DNA from: Octopus vulgaris
Lineage: Eukaryota
Length of the DNA stretch: 64,000 nt
Assembly (NCBI GenBank): GCA_951406725.2
Contig: OX597834.1
Span: forward strand, 15,500,001-15,564,000
Reading direction: 5' to 3'
Part shown: piece after piece, positions 27,887 to 40,904 of the stretch
Numbering within the stretch: the stretch's first letter is position 1
Layout of the letters: each line of letters opens with the position of its first letter
Made by a program: the position numbers and the translations under genes
The notes under the pieces: model-generated
What the model saw: only the letters and a program-made list of their open reading frames with translations
What the model was told of the DNA's origin: nothing
Databases searched by the model: none

Positions 27887-28312
27887 ATGGCCAAATACTT
27901 TTTCAGCACACTGTACGAGTTGAACTTTTCTAACTAAATTGACCATTGTATCATTACAATTCACGTAATCCGTAAATTTTCATTCTCTTGACTGTCTAAT
28001 TTGTAAATCCAAAGTTCATACATCGAATACATGTATAAGGTCACTGAGTATACTAGGAAAACACAAAAGAATAGAGAATCGTACATTTTTAATCAGCTTA
28101 CGCGCGTTACGGATACAAATGTGATTTATTAATCATTTAAATTAATGAATCTCTATTTCATTGCGAAGGATTCTACAGAGAACACGAAATTAACACTAAC
28201 CCTAACCCAAACCTTTTTGAAAGCTTCACTACACTGTTTGGAAAAGAGAACAGAATACGATTTCAGGAAGATAGTAGTTAGCAGATTAAAAATATATAAC
28301 TCTCCAGTCGTT

Positions 28313-28370
<58 letters not shown>

Positions 28371-28866
28371 TTTCTTGGAAACGATGCGTACCCACCTTTT
28401 CCCTATTTTTGTCCTCTCCCCTTCACCGTTCCCCCTCTGTCTCTCATTCTTCTTTCTTGACTCACTCGTTGCTCACACGTGACCAACGGCCATTCTCTCT
28501 TTCTTCCACTTTCTTCCTAAAGACAAGACATGTTTTTATCTATTTCTTCTCAACGCTCATTTTTCCAAGCGTTCATTACTTCACATCGTCTTTGGTTAAC
28601 AACCCATACCGTTTGTTTTTACTATTTTGTTCTCACTGTCCTGTTTCTGTTACCACTTTCACTCTCCGCAAAAAATCCCAAATTTGATTAAATTTGCTTT
28701 GCGGGAAGGACTGTTTTGACGACGTCGCGTCTTGTCCTTCGAGACGTGGGATAGATAAAACAGGGGACAACTTATGAAGGGAATGTTCTTTATGTTGCAT
28801 GTCTCGTTTCTCATTCTGTCCACGTTTTATTTGATGTCCTGTACCCATATATGCATGTATATATAC

Positions 28867-28946
<80 letters not shown>

Positions 28947-29109
28947 TTGTATTACACAGATGTTTGTATATATGCATATATTTATATAATACATATATAT
29001 ATATAGGATAGGATATTTTCCCCGATCAGTAAAATAGGATTTTTTGTTGTGTCGCAAAACCCTATTTCGCAACATTTAGTAAAACATCTTCTAACAACTT
29101 TTTAACAAC

Positions 29110-29964
29110 ATCTCTTCCTCTTTCTTTCTTTCTCTCTCACTCTCACTCACTCACTTTCCCTCACCACTCTCTCTCTCTCTCTCTCTCTGTCTTTCTTTCT
29201 TTCTTTCTTTATCTCTTACTCTTTCTCTCTCTCTTTCTCTCTTTCTCTCTCTTCCTCTCTCTATCTATATCTATCTTTTGCTCGCTCTTCTCTCTCTGTC
29301 TTTCTTTCTTTCTTTATCTTTTACTCTCTCTCTCTCTCTTATCTATATCTGTCTTTTTACTCGCTCTTCTCTCTCTTTCTCCTTCTTTCTCATGTCTAAA
29401 ACTCACCTTATGAAATTATAGACGGATACATTTACAGTAAAACTGTTAAATGAAATTTTTTTACATCGTGAAAGCATTTTCTACTTTTTGCTTTCATCTT
29501 ATATCAAGTCGTATCATTTTATCTTATAAATTTTTAATGGACGGCTGAGCCATCTCCGACGAGTGAGAGGAATGAAGGAGGAGGACTGGTGGGAGGTAGA
29601 TAACTAAGTGAAATAGTAGAGGGTTGGTAACCGATAAGAGGAAGGATGAGGAGGGTTGTTGTGATGTTGATGTGGCAAAGGTGAAGGAGTCATTGAGAGA
29701 GACGCATTCTACTGTCCATTACATGGACTCACACCTATACACGCACACACACACACACACACACACATATACAGACACACGCACATATACGCACACAGAC
29801 ACGTGCAAACACACACATGCATAACTCAACCTCACTTTACGTGTCACCAGCTCCTCTCTCACTCTCTCTCTCTCTCTCTCCCCAGTACTTCTCTCTTTCT
29901 CCGCGTCTCTCCCCTTTACCTCTCTCTCCTTCTTTGTGACCGCTTTCTCTCTTTTTACCTATCA

Positions 29965-30008
<44 letters not shown>

Positions 30009-30172
30009 CTCGGTCTATCTATCTATCTATTTATCATCTATCTATCTATTTATCTATTTATCTATTTATCTATCTATCTATCTGTCTGTCTGTCTGTATC
30101 TCTGTCTGTCTCTCTATCGGTATCTCTGTCTGTCTGTCTGTCTGTCTATCTGTATCTCTGTCTGTCTGTCTA

Positions 30173-30239
<67 letters not shown>

Positions 30240-30306
30240 CTCGTTCTATCTATGTCCGTCTGTCTATCTGTCTGTCTGTGTGGCTGTATCTCTGTCTGTC
30301 TATCTA

Positions 30307-30337
<31 letters not shown>

Positions 30338-30365
30338 GTCTCTCTATGTCCGTCTGTCTGTCTAT

Positions 30366-30426
<61 letters not shown>

Positions 30427-30606
30427 CATCTATGCTTCATGTTGCTCTCTATATTCTTGCTTGCGACTCATTGTTACTCTATCTTTGTCCCTCTTTCTCA
30501 CTTTTTTCTTTTCTATCACTTTTTCACCCCAGTCTCCTCATCCTCTCTCTCCCTCACACACAGACTTACACGCGTACACACACACGCGCACACACACACA
30601 CACGCG
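29110..30606. repeat. (TC)n, (TTTC)n, (CA)n, (TCTA)n and (TCTG)n microsatellite cluster
   Basis: Direct inspection. Confidence 0.85.
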
Positions 30607-31845
30607 TGAAAACGAACACATACACACTAGCATTCGACAAACATCGTTGAAACCGAAATTATCCGAAAACAACCGAAGTATTCCCTTTTTTTTTCTTTTT
30701 TAACATTTATGAGCAAACGTAAAGTTGTCGCCTGTTAAATGCGTAGTCGTATTGCGTTCGTTTCGCGAAGAAGACATCTAAGTCGACATTAAAGAGGAAA
30801 CATCTTATTAAACTCATTGAAAATATTCAATTGCTCTTTACCACGTATAAAATTGTACTCAGCCTGTCGTCTGCTGCAAAATTAGATAGATTTTCAAAGA
30901 GGAAATTGTTAATCTTTCAGAATCTTAAGAGTCTTTGGTGTTATAATTGTCAGTCGTTCTCCTCGCAACGAAGCCATCTAAAGTTTGAACTGAAGATAAA
31001 ATAATGTATTAAATTCATTGAAAAATATTGAACAAAATTATATTAACTCTTTTATTGAGTCACATCCCGGTAACTGCATTTTCAAAATTATGTCACCCTT
31101 GCTCAGAAGTGGTACAAATTACTGAATCATTCGAAAAGAGTCCTTAATGGACATATGCAATAATATTTTCATATAATTTAGGCTACTATTTTGATTGGTT
31201 ATTTTATGAGAGAAGAAACGTTCATACTCAGACTACCATTGATCCCGTATATTTCCAGGAAAATTCAGCTTTTGTTATGTCTTTCTATAAATATCGGGAA
31301 CAAGATTTATATGTATCTTTTATGAGTACAACCGGATTAGCTGAATTCATATATTCTAACTTTGGTGTGTGCTTGTGTGTTTGCATGTGTGTATGTGTGT
31401 GTTTGTGTGTCCTTGCCCTCGTTACGCGGAGTAAATGAAACAGGGACAACTGAAGAAGGGGAATATTCTTTATGTTGTATATGCCGTTCCTGTATTTGTT
31501 TTTTTCGTTGTTCGAAAAAAGTTCGTTTCTATGTTTTTGTTTTTATGTTTTCGTTTCTCATTGTGTTCAACGTTTATTTTTTGATGTCCTGTAGCCATAT
31601 ATATATATATGTAGGTATGTACATATATGTATGTATATATGCATATATTTATATATTATTTATTTTATTATATGATCGAACGCCACGCATCCTTTTCCAA
31701 GTAAGTTTTATATATATATATATTGTGTGTTTGTTTGTGTTTGTCTCGTTTGACAACGAGTGTTGGTGGGTTTACGTCCCCGTAACTTAGCAGTTTAGCA
31801 GGAGACCCATGGGTTAAGTACTACGCGTTCGAAACCAAGAACTTA

Positions 31846-31983
31846 CATTATTTACATTGTCTATATTTGGCCTCAGCTTGTTTGTTGTTAACACAACGTT
31901 TCGGCTGATATACCCTCCAGCCTTCATGAAGTGTCTTTGGAGAAATTTCGAACCTGGATTCTCATTCCTAAGGTATTTGTTGA

Positions 31984-32043
<60 letters not shown>

Positions 32044-32305
32044 CATTAACCACTATGCCGACGGGCATATGGCGTAGTGGTTAAGATCGCGGGCTACCTA
32101 CCCCATGATTCTGAGTTCGATTCCAAGCAGTGACCTGAACAATAGTAATACTCATGACATCAAAAGGAATGAGAACACAGGTTCGAAATTTCCCCTAGAC
32201 ACCTGGAGAGGGCTGGAGGTTGTATCAGCCGAAATGTTGTGTTAACAAACAAGATGAGGACAAATATCCGTCGAATGTAAATAACGTAAATAATGTAAAT
32301 AATGT
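31846..32305. mobile_element. Divergent pair of pLTR-like repeats with degenerate hammerheads, separated by (TTA)n and a tRNA-like SINE head (32063-32140)
   Basis: The reverse complement of 31846-31970 aligns with 32164-32290; both read gacac-[core]-ggctg...cagcc-GAAA(c/t)-gtt-gtgtt. Confidence 0.65.
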
Positions 32306-32768
32306 AGACTTGCATTGAACATAGGACGACACACGTCTCCTCTATGATGCGTCTTAGAGTTTCACGCTTTCTGTTTAATCCTGCACCGTACAGACTTAAT
32401 GCCGCAGACAAACGAATTAATGATTTATATCAGCATTTGTTGAGAACACTCGAAGAAAATTATTTCTCTAAGACTAATTACGATGTATTCTGTACGTGTG
32501 TGTCTTGTTACGTGAATATAATGCATATATGTGTATGTGTAAAAGTGCAGATGTGGGTAACTCTATATATATATATATATATATATATAATTTAAGTATA
32601 TATTTAAGCATATACGTTTGTGTATAAATATATGTATATACATATGTTTACATATGTAGGTGTCTATAAATATATATGTATATGTTTATTTATGCAAATG
32701 TAGATATATACATATAAATACACACACACGCCTACATTTGTGTATATGCGTGTATATGTATGTGTGTG

Positions 32769-32812
<44 letters not shown>

Positions 32813-32911
32813 AATACATATTTAGAGATATCAATTTATATACATTTATACCCGCAGACAAATTTATATATATTTGTACGTAATATGTGTGTATATATAT
32901 ATATATATATA

Positions 32912-33173
32912 TCACCGTGACCGACCAGGCTATCAGATGTTGCTACACATCGCTGGTAACAATGCGCTTTAAATGACGCCAGCGAGCAGACCAACAGAGA
33001 AAGTTGTGGCGAAAGAGTACAGCAGGGATCCGCACCACCACCCCTGCCGGAGCCTCATGGAGCTTTAGGTGCTTTTGCTCAATACACACTCACAACGCCC
33101 GGTCTGGGAATCGAAACCGCGATCCTACAACCGTGAGTCCGCTGCCCTAACCACTGGGCCATTGCACCTCCAC
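32912..33173 (-). mobile_element. SINE family C, second tail type
   Basis: Reverse-complement match to 20121-20425. Confidence 0.85.
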
Positions 33174-33216
<43 letters not shown>

Positions 33217-33302
33217 AATTTAATATAATATAATATATTTATACTATAAAATTGGATTTAATCCTAAATCTAATTTTTCCCTGTAAGTTTGGATTTATTC
33301 CC

Positions 33303-33355
<53 letters not shown>

Positions 33356-33665
33356 CACACATACACACACTAAATGGTTGTCAGGAATTCTCAATAATTT
33401 CAAATAATTTCCGTTATTCAGCTATATCTAATATGCAGTTTGTTCTCTGTTGGTTAATGAATTAAATTTGAAATGAACACATTATTCTCTTTGATAGAAT
33501 TGGTGATAAAAACAGCAACAATCATTTCTTTGTCTCGGTTTATTCATAAGTCACATTGGATGATTAGCTTACTTTGATTAAAGCTTTATTCGATTTACCT
33601 GAAGAATCTCTCTTGGTCATGACGATTATTGACACCTCATGTATATTGCACATCAACATGCATAT

Positions 33666-33702
<37 letters not shown>

Positions 33703-34010
33703 TGTGTTTAAATTTCCAGGATTTGAAAGCATCAGGTATTTAAATAGTAAAAGTACCAAAGTAGAGTCGCGGATATTGCACCAGTGTACCAATAGTGTAT
33801 ACGAACGTATACGTACTTACTAGAGTAAATACAAATTTACCCTGCCGGTCATGCATACATTCACAAGTATACGACTGAATTGACAACCTGAATACGAACC
33901 TGTATTCACCTGATGAAAACGTTTTGTTTTATTGCATAATGTAACACTTTTGTTCGTGAATAAAGAACCTGTTTGAAACAGCTGTAGTGGACCCCAACCC
34001 ATGTGTGTTG

Positions 34011-34052
<42 letters not shown>

Positions 34053-34055
<3 letters not shown>

Positions 34056-34323
34056 CTTTTACTTTTTCCAGGCATTGGATTGCGGCCATGCTGGAGCACC
34101 GCTTTCAAGAGTTTTTAGTCGAAGAAATCGACTCCAGGATATATATATATATATGTATATACATATATATATGACGGACGTCTTTCAGGTTCCGCCTACC
34201 AAATCCACTCACAAGGCTTTGGTGGGCTCGAGGATATAGTAGAAGACTCTTACCCTAGGTGCCACGCAGTTGGACTGAACTCAGAACTACGTGATTGAGA
34301 AGTAACCACGCAGCCACGCCTGC

Positions 34324-34325
<2 letters not shown>
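34053..34325 (-). mobile_element. Internally deleted SINE family A
   Basis: Head and tail both match family A. Confidence 0.75.
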
Positions 34326-34369
<44 letters not shown>

Positions 34370-34373
<4 letters not shown>

Positions 34374-34555
34374 AAGTCAAGGTAGAAAATGCTAAAACAA
34401 TTTTATAAAAACCGGTTTCAGTCAATGAGACTTCTTCAACTGCTTACAGTTGAATAAGTCTCAATGACTGAAACCGGCACTGAAATGTTTATTATAAAAA
34501 ATTATTTTAGCATTTTCTACCTTGTCATTTTTTTTAACATGTGTGTTCCTTTTCA

Positions 34556-34560
<5 letters not shown>
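34370..34560. mobile_element. Fold-back of Penelope pLTR ends with two hammerhead-like motifs
   Basis: Arms 34370-34442 and 34447-34530; same sequence as the 3' end (51861-51985) of the GIY-YIG element; flanked by (TA)n. Confidence 0.75.
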
Positions 34561-34615
<55 letters not shown>

Positions 34616-35864
34616 GCACCTCGTTCATTGATTTCTATCAGAAGCCACCGTCGCTAGAATTTCAAACTGGATTTTCAAGCGTGACCAATTGCGACTAATG
34701 ATATTATTCAACCATTTCATTTTTCGTGTACCCCTGGGTTTCCTGCCAGTTGGCTTGGCTTGAAGAATCCGTCTTACGAATTTTGCCTCCTTCTAATCAT
34801 ATATCCGTAGCTGTGACTTTTCTGTGCTGAGAAGTAACGCCGACTTTCCCTAGACTTATACATCGGAGGAGAATTTTCTACGTGCAACCCCATGGTCATT
34901 CATGAGCGAAATAGGTTTTTGTATATATATATCTATATATGTATGAAAAAATAATAGCGGTATTCGTCAGTGAGTGTACGTTACGTGAAGGCTTGGGGTA
35001 TGCAAGTTACCTTTCTTGACGAGAAAAATATAAACAACGGCGAGGTGGACTTAACATATTCTAAATTACTTTCAAAAGACTATTAAATACGTTTGACGTT
35101 ATTTAAAATCTTCAATGTCAGAGATATAGAAGAGAATGATTGTGACACTGTATGTATATTTGAACAATACCTAAGTTTGGGCGTTATGCGAATTTATATA
35201 ACCGTCTGACATTCGGAACATCCTTGGAGAAAGATCATGTTTCGAAGTATACTTAATAGAGAAGCCAATATAAGTTCGTTGAATACAGTCATGTAATTTT
35301 AGAAAGTTATAAATATGTATAAACAGAATTTAGAATTATTAATTATTACAATTTTCTGCCGTTGTAATATTTCGGTGGAGAATAACCGAAATATTGAAAT
35401 AAATATAGCAATTAAAGTAAATTAAAAGCCATATAGGTGATAAATAATTTGATACAGTGTGAAGAACATAAATTGCATGGGTTATATATGAAAATTCTAT
35501 TTGTGGAAATGCTGAAAATTTACTGGCTTTGGGTAAAAGAAAATACAGGAGGATCAGTTAATTATGATTTTATTCAATATATTCCACTCTCAGACTCACA
35601 CACTTATTGCGCCGGTCCTTCAGTTTTTTCTAAGCTCTGTAAAAGAACTTTGAAGTTTGGGACTCCAGCCAGGGCTTTGGCGACACATTTCATGCCAAGA
35701 GGTTTTCAGCATTCCCCTCGTATATAAATATAAACATGCATATATATATACATCCACCCAAGCATATACACACACAAATTCTTCGTTTACTCTCATCCTT
35801 GCCTCCTCTTCTAAGCAAACACGGATCTACATACACACACACAAGCATACATATATACATCTGT

Positions 35865-36250
35865 TCTACTCAGAGCACAATGCCTGAAATTTTGGGGGAG
35901 GGGCTAGTCGATTAGATCGGCCCCAGTACGCAACTGATACTTAATTTATCGACCCCGAAAGATGAAAGGCAAAGTCGACCTCAGCGGAATTTGAACTCAG
36001 AACGTAAAGACAAACGAAATACCCATTTACTTACTACCCACAAGGGGCTAAACATAGAGTGGACAAACAAGGACAGACAAACGGATTAAGTCGATTACAT
36101 CGACCCCAGTGCGTAACTGGTACTTATTTAAACGACCCAGGAAGGATGAAAGGCAAAGTCAACTCGGCGGAATTTGAACTCAGAACGTAACGGCAGACGA
36201 AATACGGCTACGCATTTCGCCCGGCGTGCTAACGTTTCTGCCAGCTCGCC
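35865..36250 (-). mobile_element. Two tandem SINE family D copies
   Basis: Minus strand gttctgagttcaaattccgc...gactttgcctttcatc...ggggtcg...aagta twice; another copy at 60330-60540. Confidence 0.75.
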
Positions 36251-36259
36251 GCAAATACA

Positions 36260-36351
<92 letters not shown>

Positions 36352-36469
36352 ATAATTTTGCCTATACGGCTTTTACACCAACGTTTTAGGAATAGTATTG
36401 TTGTTTTATATATGTGTATCTGTGTGTATGTATGTATGCATGTATATATATATATATGCATTATGTATG

Positions 36470-36600
36470 TATATACGACGGGTTTCATGCAGTTTCAGTC
36501 ATCCAAATTCACTCACGTAGTCCGGGGATATGCTAGAAGACACATCGCCAAACTACTGAAACCGCGTGGTTGCAAAGAGTGCTTCTTAACCACATAGCTA
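36470..36600 (-). mobile_element. Decayed SINE family A head
   Basis: atacgacgggtttc...ccaaattcactcac...accacatagc. Confidence 0.6.
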
Positions 36601-37553
36601 TGAAAAATATAATTTAATTTATCATTTATTTTCTTATAAAAATATATTATGTATGGTGTATAATTTTGATAATATAACGACTTGGGAAATATATTACTCT
36701 GAATGATTTACACTTTATGATTACTGAGATGGCGTGGGTCTTGCAGATTATTTTTATTGTATCTATATTCGTATTAATTTTTTGCTGGTAAGAAACAAAA
36801 ATTATAAATAATGATAGGTTAAAATTGAAATATTCACACAGCGATACACATGGGATGGTATATTTGAAATATGAAATTGTGTGTGTAAGTATGATCTTTC
36901 TAATTATATAATGTAAGTTAGGTGTTAATGTAATTATAAAATAATGATTTCAATGTAAGTTATATCAATTGTGATTTAAAAATTTATACCACTACGGCTG
37001 TTCTTCGCACGTAAGTATAATTCGATACTGTGTAATTGTTTTAGGTGCTTATATAGAGCAAGAACAGAACTGCAGTCAAGTTTAACCATTGACAACTGAG
37101 CGGACTGAGCGACGGGAGATTACAGACACACTTATCAGAGAGTAGATTCTTGTCAGAGTGCGTTTCCTCATATCAACTGGTACTGATACATTTAGACAGT
37201 GATGGAAAACGAAGCGGAAACGCGTTCAGCCGGTAGGATGGATAGAAATTCCTGATTTGTGACGGAAATTTTATCAATTCAAAAGCAGACTCTATATCAT
37301 ACTGAAAGTAGAAATACTGTTTAAGCTAAATCAATTGCGGATGATTTTAGGTCAGTCTACAGTGCTCGTAAATGCTTGCTATTGACGAAGTTCAAAGAAG
37401 CTGAAATACATATTTAGCAATGCCTCCGCTGTTGCTGGATGAATTTTTGTCTACTGCTTATATATCATTCCGTTATCTAATACTATACGTCTAAAGGAAA
37501 TATTTTCTCGAGAGAATACCGCAGCTTAGCAGGCTTTTGATACTATATTCAAT

Positions 37554-37950
37554 GGTGTTGTCCTAGCATGTCCGTAGCTTTAAAGCTGAAACACTTTGAC
37601 GAATTTAAAGAATTAAAGAACTATATATGGCGGTGCCCCAGCATGGCCACAGCTCGTGAGCTGAAACTAGATAAAATAAAAAAAAAATATATATATATAT
37701 ACTTTAAATATATACAAATTTATATATATCTACATGAAGTGGGGATAGATGTTTCCAAGAAGAAGCTGGAACTTCTGCGGCCGGAGATTCCAGGTGGGGC
37801 TACATCATGTCCAGAAACTCAAGCGGAAGCAGAAATACCAATTTCCTTCCTTTGCCAAAGTCCAGTGACAAGAGAATGGGCATTAAAAATGTGAGATACC
37901 CGTGGTACTCCAGTATGGCCACAAGAACGGGCTGAAGTGCATAAAAAAAT
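37554..37950 (+). mobile_element. Three stacked CR1-like LINE 3' ends
   Basis: ggtg..cagcatggcc-type tails at 37554, 37629 and 37902; 37740-37890 resembles the ORF end at 62990-63090. Confidence 0.65.
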
Positions 37951-37988
37951 GTATTTATGTATATAGACAAACAGGTCAACATTCCTTC

Positions 37989-38150
37989 AGAACAGAACTG
38001 CAGTCAAGTTTACCCATTGACAACTGAACGGACTGAGCGACGGGAGATTAAGCGTTTTGCTCAAGAACACAATGTGCAGCCGACTGGGGATTGAAACTAC
38101 GAACTTGTGATGGGGAGAGCAGTACCTACAACCAATAGGCCACGCGCCTT
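37989..38150 (-). mobile_element. Decayed SINE family B
   Basis: ttgctcaagaacacaa...aggccacgcgcct. Confidence 0.6.
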
Positions 38151-38160
38151 ATCTATATAT

Positions 38161-38233
<73 letters not shown>

Positions 38234-38482
38234 ATATATGTGTGTGTGTGTGTGTGTATTTGTGTATATATATGTATCTATATATATATATATATATATA
38301 TGTGTGTATGTATGTATATATGTGTGTGTGTGTGTATTTGTGTATATATGTATGTATATTTATATGTGTGTGCATATGTATACAAATTATAACTCATACA
38401 GATGTGCATATATATATATTCGTTCAATTATATACGTATACATATATGCACAAACATATACAAAGACACAAACACAGCTATT

Positions 38483-38616
<134 letters not shown>

Positions 38617-38754
38617 CTATAATATGCTTGTTCGTAGAAACAAACAATAGTTTTTCATTGAAGAAAGAACTCAATACTCCAGAAAATGGATAAAAATGAA
38701 TACACAGAAACACACATACACATACACACACACACATGCACATATATATATATT

Positions 38755-38791
<37 letters not shown>

Positions 38792-39817
38792 CGTCTCATG
38801 CACGCACACACACAATCTTACATACATACATATACATACATACATAGGAATCTGCTCAAGAATAAAATACTTATTTATTAAGAAAACGACATACAGCGAA
38901 TTTTTCAAAAGTCTCTCTGCGATACAACCTTCTCTTGAAAGGCCATCTTCTTGGCACACCGCGTTCTACTCTTCAGGAAGACTTCTGCCAAGACACTTTT
39001 CTCTATCTCCGAATAAATGTCGGGTCACCTCTTGACCTTTGCTGTCAATCATGTTAATTGATGTTCAGATCAAAGATCTCATTCGTAACATCTATCGGTT
39101 TAATCTCAATATAGGTTATATATATATGTGCGATTGCTCTATATACTCCGTTTCGTAAATATTTCTATTCTTTCTCTCTCTCCCTCGCGTTTCCCTCTCG
39201 TTTTTATTTTCTGTCTTTCGTATATATACACACACACATAAACACACAAACATAAATAATACATATATGCATACAAATATATATATATAGACATAATTAT
39301 ATTGGCATTCACTGATTGAAATATTTCTTTTGGTGATTGCTTTTCTATTTATAGCTGTGTCTCATATAAAACTCCGTAAATATTTTACTATAGATATACT
39401 TTGCTTCCATATTTCATATGGTTCTGCTAGCTATATCTAGATTATTTATATTTGCTATCTATGATTTTATTTCTTTCAATATGTTCTTCCATATGTTTAT
39501 CTGTCATTCACCTTCTATCGCACAAGCAATTTTATACATACACACGCATACACACGTATGCATTCACTTACACATTCACTTAGGTACATACGTGCGTACG
39601 TACGTACGTAGGTGCGTACATACAAACGTACAGAGATACTTGAAACTAAGCATACATATCTGCACATGCACTCTCTCAGTATTCCACACATTCGCACAGA
39701 CATGCACAAATACACCCCGCTTTGTGTTGGTGAAATTCCAATGGAGAAGCCTTGAATCTAGGTTACGAGTTGATTCTTTCTCTTTTGGCAAGAGATATTC
39801 AAATAAAACTGAACAAC

Positions 39818-40010
39818 TACATACAAACATACATACATACATACATACATACATACATACATACATACATACATACATACATACATACATACATACATAC
39901 ATACATACATACATACATACATACATACATACAAACATACATACGCAAATACATACATACATACATGCATACATACATACATACATACATACATACATAC
40001 ATACATACAC
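39818..40010. repeat. (ATAC)n microsatellite
   Basis: Direct inspection. Confidence 0.95.
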
Positions 40011-40140
40011 AAAGTGGCCTGAAACATCGTAAGCTGAGAAAGTCGATTAGTATCTAAATCTCTAGTTTGAAAAATATATATGAACAAACTGTACACCCCG
40101 TATTGAATACTATCTTCCATTTCTTTCTTTTATAAAAATT

Positions 40141-40176
<36 letters not shown>

Positions 40177-40221
40177 GACAGACAGAGAGGCGATTGTGCG
40201 GATAAGCAGATATATTAAATA

Positions 40222-40530
40222 TAACACCTTAGGCAAGTGTCTTCTACTATAGCCTCGGGCCGACCGAAGCCATGTGAGTGGATTTGGTAGACGGAAACTG
40301 AAAAGAAGCCCGTCGTGTGTGTGTGTGTATGTTTGTGTGTCTGTGTTTGTCCCCCCAACATCACTTGACAACCGATACTGGTGTGTTTACGTCCCTGTAA
40401 CCTAGCGGTTCGACAAAAGAGACCGATAGAATAAGTACTAGGCTTACAAAGAATAAGTCCTGGGGTCAATTCGCTTGACTAAAGGCGGTGCTCCAGCATG
40501 GCCGCAGTCAAATGACTGAAACAAGTAAAA
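40222..40530 (+). mobile_element. 5'-truncated SINE family A
   Basis: caccttaggcaagtgtcttctactatagcc...gtcaaatgactgaaacaagtaaaa. Confidence 0.85.
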
Positions 40531-40904
40531 GTGTAATGGATTATAGTGATAAACTTGCACAACACGACTCTCACTCTTTGAGTGACCATAAGTAGTACCT
40601 AATGACAGGTCGAAGAAAGATGACCAGTAACCACTTGCAACCGCAAGATTTACATCAAAGTGTCTCACTCTTGAAAGGATACTGTGAAAATAGCTAGGGA
40701 TCACTCACGCCCAGTAAATTCAATGCGCGCCCTCAACCCTCTCAGATGGATTGTCATCACGCATGCTTCTTAACTCATAGCTGGGGCCCTGACAAGTGCA
40801 AAGATTACCTGGGGACAATAAGGGCTAAGATGTGGTTCCACATTACTGAAAACCCAGTAACTCCCAAATGAGAGCCCCATAACCAGATGCAGTTTAAAGT
40901 TATA

